A stretch of 64,000 bases of DNA from Anthoceros angustus (Eukaryota; Plantae; Anthocerotophyta), in contig MU008168.1 of NCBI GenBank assembly GCA_010909165.1, forward strand, positions 186,001 to 250,000, read 5' to 3'. Each line of letters opens with the position of its first letter. The first letter of the stretch is position 1. A program made the translations under genes and the position numbers. The notes beneath the pieces were generated by a model. That model made no database searches. It was not told where the DNA came from and saw only the letters and a list, made by a program, of their open reading frames with translations. This document shows positions 1 through 12,599 of this stretch, in pieces.

Positions 1-1200
1 CGCACATGTGCACACAAGACCGCAAAGCAGGCTCAAGTTCTTCACTCCAGCACCGCACACAAGGAGAAGCTGCACATCGGCACCCACTCCAACAAAATCA
101 CAATGCCACCACCTCACAAGCCTAGCACCTGCACATGTGCACACAAGAGCATTATTCGAGGCTCAAGTCCTTCAACTGACATTGAACACAAGGAATGATC
201 AAAGGGCTGCACTCGGCACCCTAGAGCACCCTCACACGCCCAAAGACCTCACGCACATGTCCACAGCAGTTAAGCCGGCTCAAGTTCTTGGACACCATAG
301 ACAAGGGAAGCCGCGTCGGCACCCACTCAAGGCCAGCACCCTCACGCGCACAACATCTCACGCCCCGATCCGCACATGTGCACACAAGAGCATTACTCTC
401 AAGTCCTTCACCGTGACATTGAACACGGAATGATCAAAGGAGCCGCACCTCACACTGAGCACCCTCACACGCCCAAAGACCACTCACCCTAGAGCATGCA
501 CATGTCCACACAAGACCGTTAAGCCGTGTTCTTCTGACACCAGACAATGAGAAGCCGCACGTCGGCACCCACTCCAAGGCCAGCACCCTCACGCCAAGAC
601 AAAGATCTCATGACCGCACATGTGCACACAAGAGCATTATTCGCTCAAGTCCTTCACGTGACATTGAACACACGGAATGATCAAAGGAGCCGCACCTCGA
701 TGCTGGAGCACCCTCACACGCCCAAAGACCTCACGCCCTAGAGCATGCACATGTCCACACAAGACCGCAGCGGCTCAAGTTCTTCAAAGACACCACAGAC
801 AATGAGAAGCCGCACGCCACCCACTCCAAGGCCAAGACCTCACGCCACAAAGATCTCCCCGCACTGCATGTGCACACAAGAGCGTAAAGCAAGGCTCAAG
901 TCCTTCACGTGACATTGAACACAAGGAATGATCAAAGGAGCCGCACTCGGCACCCATCGGAGCACCCTCACACGCCCAAAGACCTCACGCCCTAGAGCAT
1001 GCACATGTCCACACAAGACCGTTAAGCCGGCTCAAGTTCTTCAAAGGACACCACGCATAATGAGAAGCCGCACGCCGGCACCCACTCCAAGGCCAAGACC
1101 TCACGCCACAAAGATCTCGGCCCTGCACTCGCACATGTGCACACAAGAGCGTAGCAAGCCTCGAAGCCGCAAAACACCGATTGCCACACACAAGGCACAT
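1..1200. repeat. Tandem array, ~235-250 bp unit (about 5 copies), each built from two related ~120 bp halves
   Basis: GGAATGATCAAAGG recurs near 192, 428, 675 and 925. Each unit contains both GCACATGTCCACACAAGACC and GCACATGTGCACACAAGAGC. Copies differ mainly by 1-3 bp indels. The array runs off the left edge. Confidence 0.85.
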
Positions 1201-1744
1201 TACCTTCAAAATCGCACAAACAAAACTGCTGATTCCAGCCGCGCCTCGATCTTGCATGTGGGGAGCCCGCTCGCAGAAGGAAGGAGGGCTAAGAAGCCCC
1301 ACATAGCTCACAATGCGGCACAAAGGGTTGATTACAACAACCAGCTCGAGCACGCGAACTTTTGAGCCCGCGGAGTGTGCGATCGCCGCCGGATGTGGGC
1401 GAGCAAGTGCGAGATTGCATCCAGTCGCCCGCGGGCGAAGGATCAACTCAAGATCGAGCTCGCGATGGCAATAGCGAGAGTGCGCCCACGCGTAAGGCCG
1501 AAATTGGGGTAAGCGGCGGGTTGACTTACCACCGGATAAAAACAGATCTCAAGTAAAAGTAAAGTAAGTTAAAGTAAATAATAGCAAACGTAAAAGTATA
1601 TAAAAGTGAAACTAACATATATTGAAATATTATTTTAATGAAAACTTAAAGTCACCCTCTCACATCTCTCTATCCTTTTCAAAGTAACCAAGTGTACCAA
1701 GCCATATGGTACTAAAGTGTACCACCAAACCATGCTACCACCTG

Positions 1745-3250
1745 AGTATATAAACCTTGTCTCTTGTTTTGGCTCGGAAATTAGGACGACAAGAGACCGC
1801 AGAAGGTATGATCTCTGCTCGGCCGCCCCATCCTCAAGAACTGCACTGCTGTTTTGAAAGCTTTTTCAGAACTTGGGGATGCATAGTTTGTTGCAACAAG
1901 GTTTGCGGAAATCTTCACAGATCTCCTCGCTCTTCTTAAGCGAACGCCCGCCGCTCACCGCTTCGAACACAAAACCGCATCGCTAGGTTGTAGTGTCTCG
2001 CAAATAGGCTTGGGGATGGTATGTGATGGCATTGCATTGCCCACCGCAGCCTCGAATTCGGTGGAGGTGTCCAAATACATCACCTCCTTCCATTGGGAGC
2101 TCCCCATGTCCACCACCGTCACGGGTTGAACAATCCCCCGCAGGCGCTGCATCTTTTCCTTCTTGTCCGCCACGGGCGATCCTCCTCGCACTGTGACTTT
2201 TTGCATGGCTGAATACATGTTCAAGTTCCTTGAAGTTGTACATACAAGGCATACGGAATGCCGGTGAGTATAAACCTGTCTCTTGTTTTGGCACAAATTA
2301 GGACGACAAGAGACCGCAGAAGGTCTCTGCTCCTCCAGCCCCATCCTCAAGAACACTGCGTTCTTGGAAAGCTTCTTTCAGTAAACTTGGGGATGCATAG
2401 TTTGTTGCAACAAGGTTTGCGGAAATCTTCACCTGATATCTCCTCGCTCTTCTTAAGAGCTTTGCGCCCGCTTGAACACAAAACCGCATCGCTAGGTTGT
2501 GCATGTAAATAGGCTTGGGGATGGTATGTGATGGCATTGCCACCGCAGCCTCGTAATTCGGTGGAGGTGTATCGAAATACATCCAGATCCTCTCCATTGG
2601 GAGCTCCCCATGTCCACCGCTTGGTCACGGGTTGAACAATCCCCAGGCGCATCTTTTCCTTCTTATGCACTACGATCCTCCTCTGACTTTTTGCATGGCT
2701 GAATACATGTTCAAGTTCCTTGAAGTTGTACATACAAGGCATACGGAATGCCGGTGAGTATAAACCTGTCTCTTGTTTTGGCACAAATTAGGGGACGCAG
2801 AAGAGTTGATCTCTGCTCCTCCAGCCCCATCCTCAAGAACACTGCGTTCTTGGAAAGCTTCTTTCAGTAAACTTGGGGATGCATAGTTTGTTGCAACAAG
2901 GTTTGCGGAAATCTTCACCTGATATCTCCTCGCTCTTCTTAAGAGCTTTGCGCCCGCTTGAACACAAAACCGCATCGCTAGGTTGTGCATGTAAATAGGC
3001 TTGGGGATGGTATGTGATGGCATTGCCACCGCAGCCTCGTAATTCGGTGGAGGTGTCCGAAATACATCCAGATCCTCTCCATTGGGAGCTCCCCATGTCC
3101 ACCGCTTGGTCACGGGTTGAACAATCCCCAGGCGCATCTTTTCCTTCTTATGCACTACGATCCTCCTCTGACTTTTTGCATGGCTGAATACATGTTCAAG
3201 TTCCTTGAAGTTGGGGTACATCTGAGGGCATACGGGGAATCTTGGTGAGT
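1745..3250 (-). repeat. Tandem array, ~490-520 bp unit x3, reading as a degenerate coding repeat on the minus strand
   Basis: AAACCTGTCTCTTGTTTTGG starts near 1752, 2272 and 2762. The same peptide blocks (MPCMYNFKELEHVFSHAKS, PSHTIPKPI, AMRFCVQAG) recur in minus-strand ORFs in shifting frames. No domain recognised. Confidence 0.8.
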
Positions 3251-3269
3251 CCTTCGCCACCTGTGACCG

Positions 3270-3875
3270 CAAGCACGCACAACATAGCATTACGGACCGT
3301 AACATGACACCACATTGACCGACAAATTAGCAAAGACCTTCGCAAAGATGTGACAACAATGAATGCGAATCCCTACTCTGGTCATGAAGGAAGATGAAAC
3401 AGCGCCCATTCCAGTGGGTGCCATAGCTTGCCTCTTCGAAAAGGGAATCAAGCACTCATGAACTCGGAAGCATCATCTCCTTCCGCACTTCATCTCCCGG
3501 CAGACTCAACATGTTCACCAGAATGCCAATTGAACGCAAGCTAGGCGAGATAATGCTCACCAAGCACACAACATAGCATTACGGACCAGAACACATGACA
3601 CCACATTGACCGACAAATTAGCAAAGACCTTCGCAAAGATGTGACAACAATGAATGCGAATCCCTACTCAGTGGCCGCGGAAAGGAAGATGAAACAGGCC
3701 TGCCCATTCCAGTCGTGGGTGCCAGCCGTGCTAGCCTCTCTTTCTGAGTGCGGGAATCAAGCACTCGCATGAACTCGGAAGCATCATCTCCTTTCCGCAC
3801 TTCATCTCCCGGAACAGGACTCTGAACATGTTCAGCTTGTGAATGCCAATTGAACGCAAGCTAGGCGACAGATAA
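3270..3875. repeat. Direct tandem duplication, ~291 bp x2
   Basis: CACAACATAGCATTACGGACC...GACAAATTAGCAAAGACCTTCGC occurs near 3277 and 3568. Confidence 0.85.
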
Positions 3876-5324
3876 TGCTCACCAAGCAGCTGAACAAAAA
3901 GCATTACCTCGGCCGCCTTCGTGAGCGTGGCCTGCATGGTTGCGATGTTGTAGCTCGGAGCCGCCGCCCCAATCGCCTCCACAGACTCCACCGAGCTTCC
4001 CTCTTTGTTCATCCTCGCCATCAAAAGAGCTCAAGGTCGTTAAAATAGGAAATGAGTGATTTGAGAATCCTACAGATACGCTATGTACCAATGTGCTCTT
4101 GCTGTAACTAATGACGGCCGCAAAAAGCAATGCCGCATGGTACGTCAGACCGCTTCATTTATTCAAAACGACTACCGGATCATTAGGGTGACTCGTGATG
4201 AACGCGGTTTCTTAAGGTGCGCCCGATTAGGGTTTAATGAGAGCCGCCCTGTCCTCCCCGCCAAGCCCGAGTTACGAGAATACGCACCGCAGCATAACGG
4301 CGAACGGAGGCTCGTCCGCGTGGTGGTGTTTGAGGCACAACGATGGCGATCGAATTTCATGGACGCCATCACTGCAAGCTCCCCAACGCTTTCGGACGTG
4401 CTCATTGACGGAGAGGTGTCTTTCTTCCCAAAGCCGTGGATTTGGTCCTCAAGTTCCGGATTTGATGATGGTTGTTGGGCGCAGGACATGGCGAGCGGAC
4501 AAGCAAAAAGGACTGCCGGACATTGGACCGCCACATGGTGCCCATCGAGAAGCCCAAGGCGTAAGAAAGGAAAGAAACAAGGATGGTTGAAGAAGATCCA
4601 CCCCGACAGATTATGGTGCCGGCCGGAGCCAATCATTGCAACCGGAGGAGCATCTTGTTGGGGAGCGGGAGAGGAGGAACAAAGGTGTCGCGCTGCAAAG
4701 GCAAGCACAACCAAAGCAACGGGCGGTGTGGAGAAGCGTGGTATATCCAGAGGCCGACGCCAGTTCCAGACTCCAAACCCATCCCCTACACGTATGTAGA
4801 CAAGGCAGCCCGGAGGCACACAAACCAACTTGTGGACACGGTGCTCGGAGCAAGATTGATTTTGACACATCAAGAGCCGGATGAAGACAATGTAGTGTGG
4901 ACTCCATGTCAAGCTCGGATTTTGGGTATAACGTGCGCCGCAAACCAAAGAGCAAGAGTTGGGTTTTGTGGGCAACTATGGATGCAGCTGTGAGATCCTC
5001 AAGTCCGACTTCTTTGCACATCACGGCCAGTATGAATTTGAGGCATCTTACCACAGCAGATGATTACACCGTCTTTGTGTTGAAACTAGCATGCTTGCAC
5101 GTAAAGAAGTGTGAGCCAAAACAACTGCCTTATACTTTCCGGAGGCTTTATGAGGATGTAATGGATACATTTTCATGTGGTTGCGAATGTTTGCGTTCGT
5201 GGCAGTGAGCTACATTCTAATATCGTGGATGTTTGTTTGCTCACCAAATCTTTCTGAGATGTTTGTGTGAAGCCATCACGAACTCAATTGTGAGTCACCA
5301 AGGAAATGTCATGGAGAACACGCT

Positions 5325-7965
5325 GTGGACTTCTGTGACTTTGCTTTGGATTTTGAGGATGACGAGGTGGAGTTTGGTCCTTCCGATGAGGAGGATGGGC
5401 CTATCCTCGAAATCCTCACACTGATGGAGGCATCCAAGAGGAGGAGGACCGCGAGAAGGGCGAGGAGGAGAGGGAAAGTATTCGTGCCATGCTATATGTT
5501 ACGAGCAAATTGGGGAGGAAGAAGGGCGGATTACGGCAGCCCTCCGAGCATTCCCAAGGACGCCAGACCCGAGCACCATGGGCGGAGTCCCCATTCCCGC
5601 CAGAGATTTGACAATGTAGCCTGAACCCCAAGCCCATCCAAGAAAAGAGAAGACCGGGACGGACAATATTCGCAGCAGATGAGTGCAGATGTCGATGAGG
5701 AGGGCGCCGCATGCCGCCGTGAAGGTGCGCAGTCGATGAGGAGGGCGCGCATGCCGCCCCAGCCCGTCCTTACTGACGGCCGTGCGGCGCCTGAAGGTCC
5801 ACAAGGTGATGAGGAGGGCGCGCATGCCGCGCCCGTGAAGGTGCACCGATCGATGAAGACGGCCGCATGCCGCGCCAAGGTGCACCGCCGATGAAGACGG
5901 AAGGCCGCATGCCGGCGCCCGTGAAGGTGCACATGTGGGGGAGGGCGCGCATGCCGGCGCCTGAAGGTGCAGATGTCGATGAGGAGGGGCGCCGGCATGC
6001 CGGCGCCCGTGAAGGTGCGCAGGTCGATGAGGAGGGACGCCGGCAAGCAGCGCCCGTGAAGGCACTCCGCATTCTTCAGGACAAGTGGCATCAGGGTTGA
6101 AGAGTAAACGAACGAGTATAACCCTCGGGGCTGGGGGTGGAAATAGCAGATCTCAAAGCATGGACACTGCTGAGGGTTCAAGCAGGAAAAAAGTCAGACG
6201 CTTTGCCAGGGCTTCTGACAGCAGTGATATTCCAACATTGCATGTGTTAACTGATGGAGAAAGACTGGAGGCCTCAATGATGGACGAGGATTACTTGCAA
6301 AAGTCCGGAATTTTAAGAAGGTAGTGCTCGAGATGCTCTTGTGAAGCTGGAGAATTTGAGGCTCGCTCCTCACTTGCTCGATTCGGCAAGTAGATGAGGC
6401 ATGGACCAAACTATTTAGCTCGAGTCATCTCGAAGGTCGGATTGAAGAAGGTGTTCGCCACTACTATGGCGATCCGCAGGGATATCGAAAAACTTGATTG
6501 GACGGGTTCGTGGCAAAAAATATATTATGGGAGGCCGAGGCAATCACACATACGCCGCTATGAAGCAACTTGGTGACATTTCTCCGTGGAAAGCAAGGTT
6601 CCAATGGATGGAGGCTCATGTTTATCGTGGGCTTACTCTTCAAGAGATGCGAGTATTGGCAACTCACCACAACACAATGTCGATAAAAGGAAGAAGATGA
6701 ACTTTATCGAGGTGTCGATACTAGATGAACTGCAGATAGCAAAGCGTGACGGAGTGACGATGAGCATGAACTGGAAGTTCAATCTGTACAAGGTGTTTGG
6801 GCTTATCGAGGATGACGAAGGCCGGGAAGATGAACAGTATAAGCAGAACAAAGTGGACAACAGGACACATATCCTATGCATTGCGAAACTGGAGGGAAAG
6901 GTTTGGAGAAATGTCGACAATATCTTTTCAAAGTGGGAGGCGATGGAGCTCTTAACAAGCCAAACATGTTGCAATGGCACCAAGAAGAGCAAGGGCAAAC
7001 GCAAAGTTGGAGAGGAGGTGAAGACGGTTGAAAGCGTTTTGTGAAGCCGAAGAGATGCAGGGAAACCATGGCGCAGCTTCAAGGAATTCCACCAAAGTAG
7101 ACAAAAATGCTCATCGGCAGGAAAGGTTTTGACAGTTTGCTTGACCTCAATGGTATGTCAAGGAGCTCACTCATGGAAGAAACTTCATGTCATACAAGTG
7201 GCTATGGCAAAGCATTTAGGATGCGACTTTCTCGACATGGTGCGGAATACCCTATGCACTCTTCGGACGATGTCATTGCAAGGTTTCAAACGATTCGATG
7301 GGAAGGTATATCTCTTCTTTATTGCTGTGAAGTAGGAGGTGGAGGGCGCCTCCCCATTCCTCATGTTGGAATTGAGGCTTTATAAGGAAGTAGGAGGCGC
7401 CGGCGCCTCTCAGATCTTTCTGACAAGCTTGTTGTGCACTAACCACCTAACTCATTGGTGTAGCAAGTGAAAGATGTAGAAGATCCAAGAACGCCAAGAC
7501 TTCCGTGCTTTCATACTTGAAGTGCACACATGGAAAGGTCCGGAGAACGAATGAGGGCCCCGCCGATTGGACATGGAGGAAGGCCTACAGGCATTTATCG
7601 CCAACGATGGTTTATTGTTAAATACCAAGTGGTTGCAAGAGATGTGTTGGACATGCGAGGATTTCTAAGGAAGAGGAAGTATACATTGCTGGTTATGGAT
7701 GTGCCAAGAGGATTCCACAAAGGAAAGCATGATGTGAAGATGGATCGACACAAATTGGCATGTTGTTTCACTCTTTCCATGATATGACAAGTGCAAGAAA
7801 TCGAATGATAGTTATGCATGGTGTGGAAGAGCGATATTGTAAGGGAGGCAATGCGACAGTGGTGCGTTGGTGGAGGAATGGTCTCCTTTGTGTGGGACAA
7901 AACCAATATGCATAATGATCAGGGTGGATATGATACTATGGAGTACATCACTGTGGGCTGGGGGG
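5325..7965 (+). pseudogene. ParB/Srx-like domain + beta-class DNA N4-cytosine/N6-adenine methyltransferase, copy 1 (frameshifted, 3'-truncated before motif I)
   Basis: ParB-like KKYIMGGRGNHTYAAMKQL...HVYRGLTLQEMRVLATHHN at ~6520-6675. Motif IV-like YTLLVMDVPRG with DVPR at 7698-7709. FVWDKTN...MEYI at 7890-7949. Collinear with the minus-strand copy at 61-64 kb. Homology stops at ~7965. Confidence 0.75.
5690..6062 (+). repeat. GC-rich ~48 bp minisatellite (~8 degenerate units) encoding EGAxVDEEGRRHAGAR-like repeats
   Basis: Recurring GAAGGTGCAGATGTCGATGAGGAGGGGCGCCGGCATGCCGGCGCCCGT. Confidence 0.8.
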
Positions 7966-8229
7966 TTACCAGGGTGGTAGTGTGGTTTGGTGTACCATAT
8001 AAGTGTGCAACAATCGCAACGCGAATTTATGTCCACATGTGTCCACTTTTTCCATTTAGATAATTTTGGATTGATCAAATGATGTCCAATTTATCTGAAA
8101 TTTTTTAGAGCAAGGGTGACCATCTAGACAGATGCACTAAAAAAAATTCAGCAAGAAAAAGATACATATGTGGTAGAAACTATTTGTGGTCAGGTTTAAT
8201 TATGAAAGTGCAATTGTAACACTCAATGT

Positions 8230-8430
8230 GTGACGCTTGCACCACACTCGGGACGGGGAGAGAGAGTCCCTTCCCACCGTTGCTTGATCCCAAGAGAGAG
8301 AATTATTTGAAATTTAAAATGTATGTTCTCCCTCCTCCGTGGGAGAGAGACTTTTAGTTTCAATTTTAAACCTTGTTTTCGCTGGAAGTGCTCGAATGGC
8401 TCATCCTCGGAGGGAGATTCTAGTTTGAAA
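8230..8430. repeat. Three degenerate GGGAGAGAGA...TAGTTTGAAATTT motifs, possibly subterminal repeats of the adjacent transposon
   Basis: Similar motifs near 8290, 8341 and 8410, in an AT-richer gap between the truncated MTase and the transposase. Confidence 0.4.
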
Positions 8431-8784
8431 TTTACATCACACAGAAGTTGAGAGTACCCAATCGCCCTTGGCCCCGCTTGTCAAAGTTTTTGTGATAGGT
8501 GAGGCCATGGATTGCGAAAGTTGAAGGGTTCGTGTGTATTGAGACATGGCGCCAAGCAACGGAACGAGGCTGATGATCGTTCACGCCCAAGCATGCCGCT
8601 TGGAAACGTGCTCGAGCAAAGAGGCAGTTAGCACCGAAAGCAGTTGGTGGATATCCCTAAAAGTGTTCACACCTCTAGTGGTGGCGAACCACCGAGGCCG
8701 ACAAGACATGGAGGAAGGGGCTGCACAAGACATGGGGTTTTATTCAAGGGGCTCACTGGGATGCGATGATGTTGACGCCCACCC

Positions 8785-11485
8785 GTGGAACCCGTAGTGC
8801 TAGCAGCGGAAGCCTTAGTTCCAAGAGCACGATTGTCCGGCACTGAGCGGTCGAGACGATGTAGGGCACGGCAAAGAGAGCTAACCAACACTTCTGGAGT
8901 GAGGGGGCCATCCAACTCATGTTGCCAAGCAATTGCGCGGGACTTGGGGTCCATTTTCTTGCATAGAACCCGTCATTTTAGTGCGCAAGGCAGGTCCAGG
9001 GTGTTGGAATCGTTTTCTCGCCTCCGTAGTCTTCAGAAGTTTCGTGCTTCCACGGTGGGGTTCTGGGAGCAATCATCACGTCCTTCTTCGAACTCTAAGG
9101 ACGCAAAGCGGCAACGTGTGGCGCCATTTGTGTTTCGCAAGCACATCATCCATTTCCTCGATACCTCGCAGTGATCGCTTGTTCCTTTTACCATTGCCGG
9201 ACACCATAGCCCGGTATGTAGAGTGTCTACCGCTTGTTGATGGGGATGGTCTTTAGGGTCCATCGCGCATCCACAGCCCTATATATGTCATTTGTACCGA
9301 CCTTATGCATTTTTGGCTCGATGTCACTTGGGGTGAGCGGACTCCCGCCACCTTGTGCCTCAGGCTACATATGTTGTGCTCGTGTTGCCGCGGGCTCTGT
9401 GCCTGATTACACTTTGCTTGTAAAGTTTGTCACTTCATGAGATGGAATGGCAGAATTTGTGGCTGCCTAGACCACATGCCCCGATCCAGGCTGCAGTTCA
9501 AGTGTCAGGGGTGAACCTGCATGTGCCCGCTTGTATATGCTCTCACACGGACTGATGAGCGATTGTTGTTGCTGACGCAGACGGAGTTCTTCCTCCGATT
9601 TAAGAAGGAGCATCCTGAGATCAAGATAGCTCAGCGCGCGTTTGAGAGGTTGAAACCCTTCTACATCAAATCCTTGCAGGAGCGCAATGTATGCTGCTGC
9701 AGGTATCACGTTGAAATGGCATTTCTGAAGGATGCGCTCAACCAACCTGGGTGTCCACAAAGGTTCACCTAAGGTCTCAGATGCTTGTGTGCTGTGGGTC
9801 TCATGAGGTGAGAACGCTCACAAGACCAGCAGCAGGCGAGTTGCTTTGGCTCGGGAAATGGCGATAGTGTATTGTGCCCTAAAGCACCGATGATGACTTT
9901 CATAAGCGGAAGTGTTTGATGGGGAATTGTAACTTGTGCGGTGTTCAAAAGCTTCAGTTCTGCCCTAACGAGGTCAATGCAACCTTGTTGCCTGCTGCAG
10001 CATTGAAGTGGCGTTGTTTTGAATACCAGAACGTCGGGTAAAATGAAGACGGCACTTCCAAGTCCAGAATCAAGCTTGTATACAAGTAGACTCACCCATC
10101 TGAAATGGTAGAGTTTCTCAAAGGGAAGTTGAAACATTTCATCACTCATGATTTCGTTCAGAGATGGCAGGCTTTGGAGTTCCGCAAGTGTTTGGAGTGG
10201 TTTCCTGAGGATGTCATTGTGTCAGTCATTGATTTTTCCCAAAACTATGCTTTCCAAGTGCAGAACGAGATCCAAAGCATGCATTGGCATAGTGATCAGG
10301 TTACCATTCTTGTCCATGTTTCTTACATGAGGACTGGTCCAATTGTGGAGGAGGACCCATTTTGCAATGTTCAAAAGTTCTATCATTTTACATTAGCGAT
10401 GACATGCAAAGATGACACCCTCTTTGTCCAACATTGTCTCATGGTTCACTGGGAATGGTTGCTGAGAAGCGGGTATACTAGACCACGGGAGCATTGGATG
10501 TGGAGTGATGGGCCGCATCCCGCTCAAGGCTTGCAGCTGTTATTTTGTGGCCGATATCCGCCGAATCAAGGGTGCAACATGTTGTGGAGTTATTTTGGAT
10601 CAGGTCATGGGAAGGGAGAACATGATGGCGCAGGAGCCATACTAAAGAGAGCACTGCGAGCCGAAGAATTGTCTCCCTCCTCAATGAGGTTGCAGGGGGC
10701 TGCTGATGTGGTGGATTTTCTGCGCCGTGAAGTCTCTAATGGGGCAGCATCTTCGTACACCAGTGGCGACAGGCAAGTGAAGCGAATATTTTGGCTTGTT
10801 GAGAAATCTGAGGTAAACCGAAGACAGAGGTGGGGGTGTGCTCCGATACCAGGTTCCAAAAGCATGCACTCCATTTATGGGTATTCTCAGGATGCTTTGA
10901 ATCCACAGCCCAAAATGCGACACTTGGCGTGCTTTTGTGGTGCTTGCATGGACTGACCATGCGGTTGAGAGACAAAGGCCTCGTGGAATTGCAATGTGAC
11001 CTTGAAGCCTGATATTGGTGACAGGCAGAGAATTGCAACCTGGCAACGCAGTGGAACCTTGTCGATTTCGAACATCGCGAGGCGACAGGAACTGTAGCCA
11101 TCGAGGAAGCCACAGAGGATGTCACTGAGATGGCTGAGCTTTTGGAGGAGGGCGATAACTTTGTTGTGCCTGCAGACACAAAGGATGAAGGGTCAACCTT
11201 CTACTTGGTCAAGTGCATCGAGTCTTGTCACAAAACGGATGTGCTTAGAAAGTGTCCTTGGAGCAATAATACTTTCCTCCTGTGTGATGAAATAGTTGTA
11301 GGCCAAGATACTGTGGGCTTGAGCCAGACGGATCTCTTTACACACTAGACCTTAATGAGGCAGAGTGCATACTTCCGGCTGCATGTGTGCAGACTTGTAA
11401 GTTTGCACTGTTGCAGCGGATGGTAGACGGACGTGAGGTATTTCAGTTAGATGCAGACACTCTAGACACGTTCAGATCGACATAA
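8785..11485 (+). mobile_element. Sola2-like DDD DNA transposase gene (frameshifted, probably one intron)
   Basis: VIDFSQNYAFQVQNEIQSMHW (D at 10231), WMWSDG (10501) and YFGSGHGKGEHDGAG (~10590-10635) give the Sola2-type catalytic triad pattern. Upstream FFLRFKKEHP...FERLKP...RNVCCCRYH. Downstream CFCGAC and a GDNFVV...FYLVKC C-terminal domain. Confidence 0.7.
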
Positions 11486-11788
11486 TAGCAATTAGGAATG
11501 TGTGTGAGACGTTGCTTGCTTGGAATGCCGGATGTCACCTATTGGAACCATGTGCCATATTGCCTCGTTATCCATACCTGAATGGCTGATCCAGTCTGTG
11601 GTTGCTGATCCTTCACAGTTTGTGTTGTGTATGCCACAAAACATGCACAGCGGTCCACACTATGTGAGCGCGATACTAGTGCGTTGATAGACATATCTTC
11701 TTGGGCGATATGACAGACGGGCGATACTGATCTTCCCGTACATCACCTTCTTACCAGACGCTTCAGTTCCTTAAAGATTCTAACCGAC

Positions 11789-12175
11789 ATGGCTGCGAGG
11801 GCGGGCGGAGACAGAGCGGTGGCAAGGGCCGATGCAATGGCTGGTGTGGTGGGTCAGCGCCGCGGGCAGGTCGATCCATTGGTGCCTGCAGGGAGTGCCG
11901 CAGAGCAAATAGCGCACTGGACCACTGTGGCGGTGGAGCGAAGGCAGCTGGCGTTGATCCGGCAAGTTCGGCAAGCTGGAAGACAGGCGCAAATTCAAGT
12001 ATTGCCCAGGGCTCATGAGCAGACGGTAATCACCGACTATGGAGGACCAGAGGAAGATGTCCCGGATGTGATTCCACAATTCAAGCAACAGCCAACAAGT
12101 GTCTCACCGCAGAAATGGAGATGGCGGCGATCACCCCACTCGTGGCTCCATCCCTTTGAAGTCCCAATCTTGTGA
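11789..12175 (+). CDS. Hypothetical 128-aa ORF downstream of the transposase
   Basis: Open ATG-TGA frame with normal composition; no motif recognised. Confidence 0.3.
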   Translation: MAARAGGDRAVARADAMAGVVGQRRGQVDPLVPAGSAAEQIAHWTTVAVERRQLALIRQVRQAGRQAQIQVLPRAHEQTVITDYGGPEEDVPDVIPQFKQQPTSVSPQKWRWRRSPHSWLHPFEVPIL

Positions 12176-12599
12176 TGATAGAGCTAGTCTAGCTAGCTCT
12201 CTCATGTATGCAATGAGATCTAGTGAGTCACCATGAAGTTGGGTTGTTACCTCTTAGGACAAAGAATGCATCTGCGTTATTTGCAATCGATTTCATGACT
12301 CGTCTAGAAATGAGACTTGTAGTTTTAATGTAACCAAAGTTGGTTTCACCCAACGGATCGAGTTCTTCATTAGTTTTCACACAATCAATGTCGAGATCGC
12401 TATGCCCATGATTGAATGTGTGCACAAGTGCACACCCTTCTTGAGTAGTGATGATAGGACCACCGTGTGGAGGATTAAAGGATGTCTTCAATGTCTCGAT
12501 ATGTGACTCAAACAAGGTGTGTGAACCCGACTGATCGCGATCCGATTTGAAATCGATGGCACAAAAAGAGAAGACGTGCAATATGTCAATGTCTCGCAA

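Noticed and set aside
4083-5230. Long overlapping ORFs (4083-4799 +, 4172-4975 -); faint Ulp1-protease-like words (WVLWATMD, DYTVFVLK)
   Set aside because: No catalytic His/Asp/Cys arrangement can be supported. This may be the N-terminal part of the ParB-MTase gene, but that is not demonstrable here.
1-6062. Tandem repeats as CRISPR arrays
   Set aside because: Units are contiguous with no unique spacers, there are no cas genes, and the context is eukaryotic.
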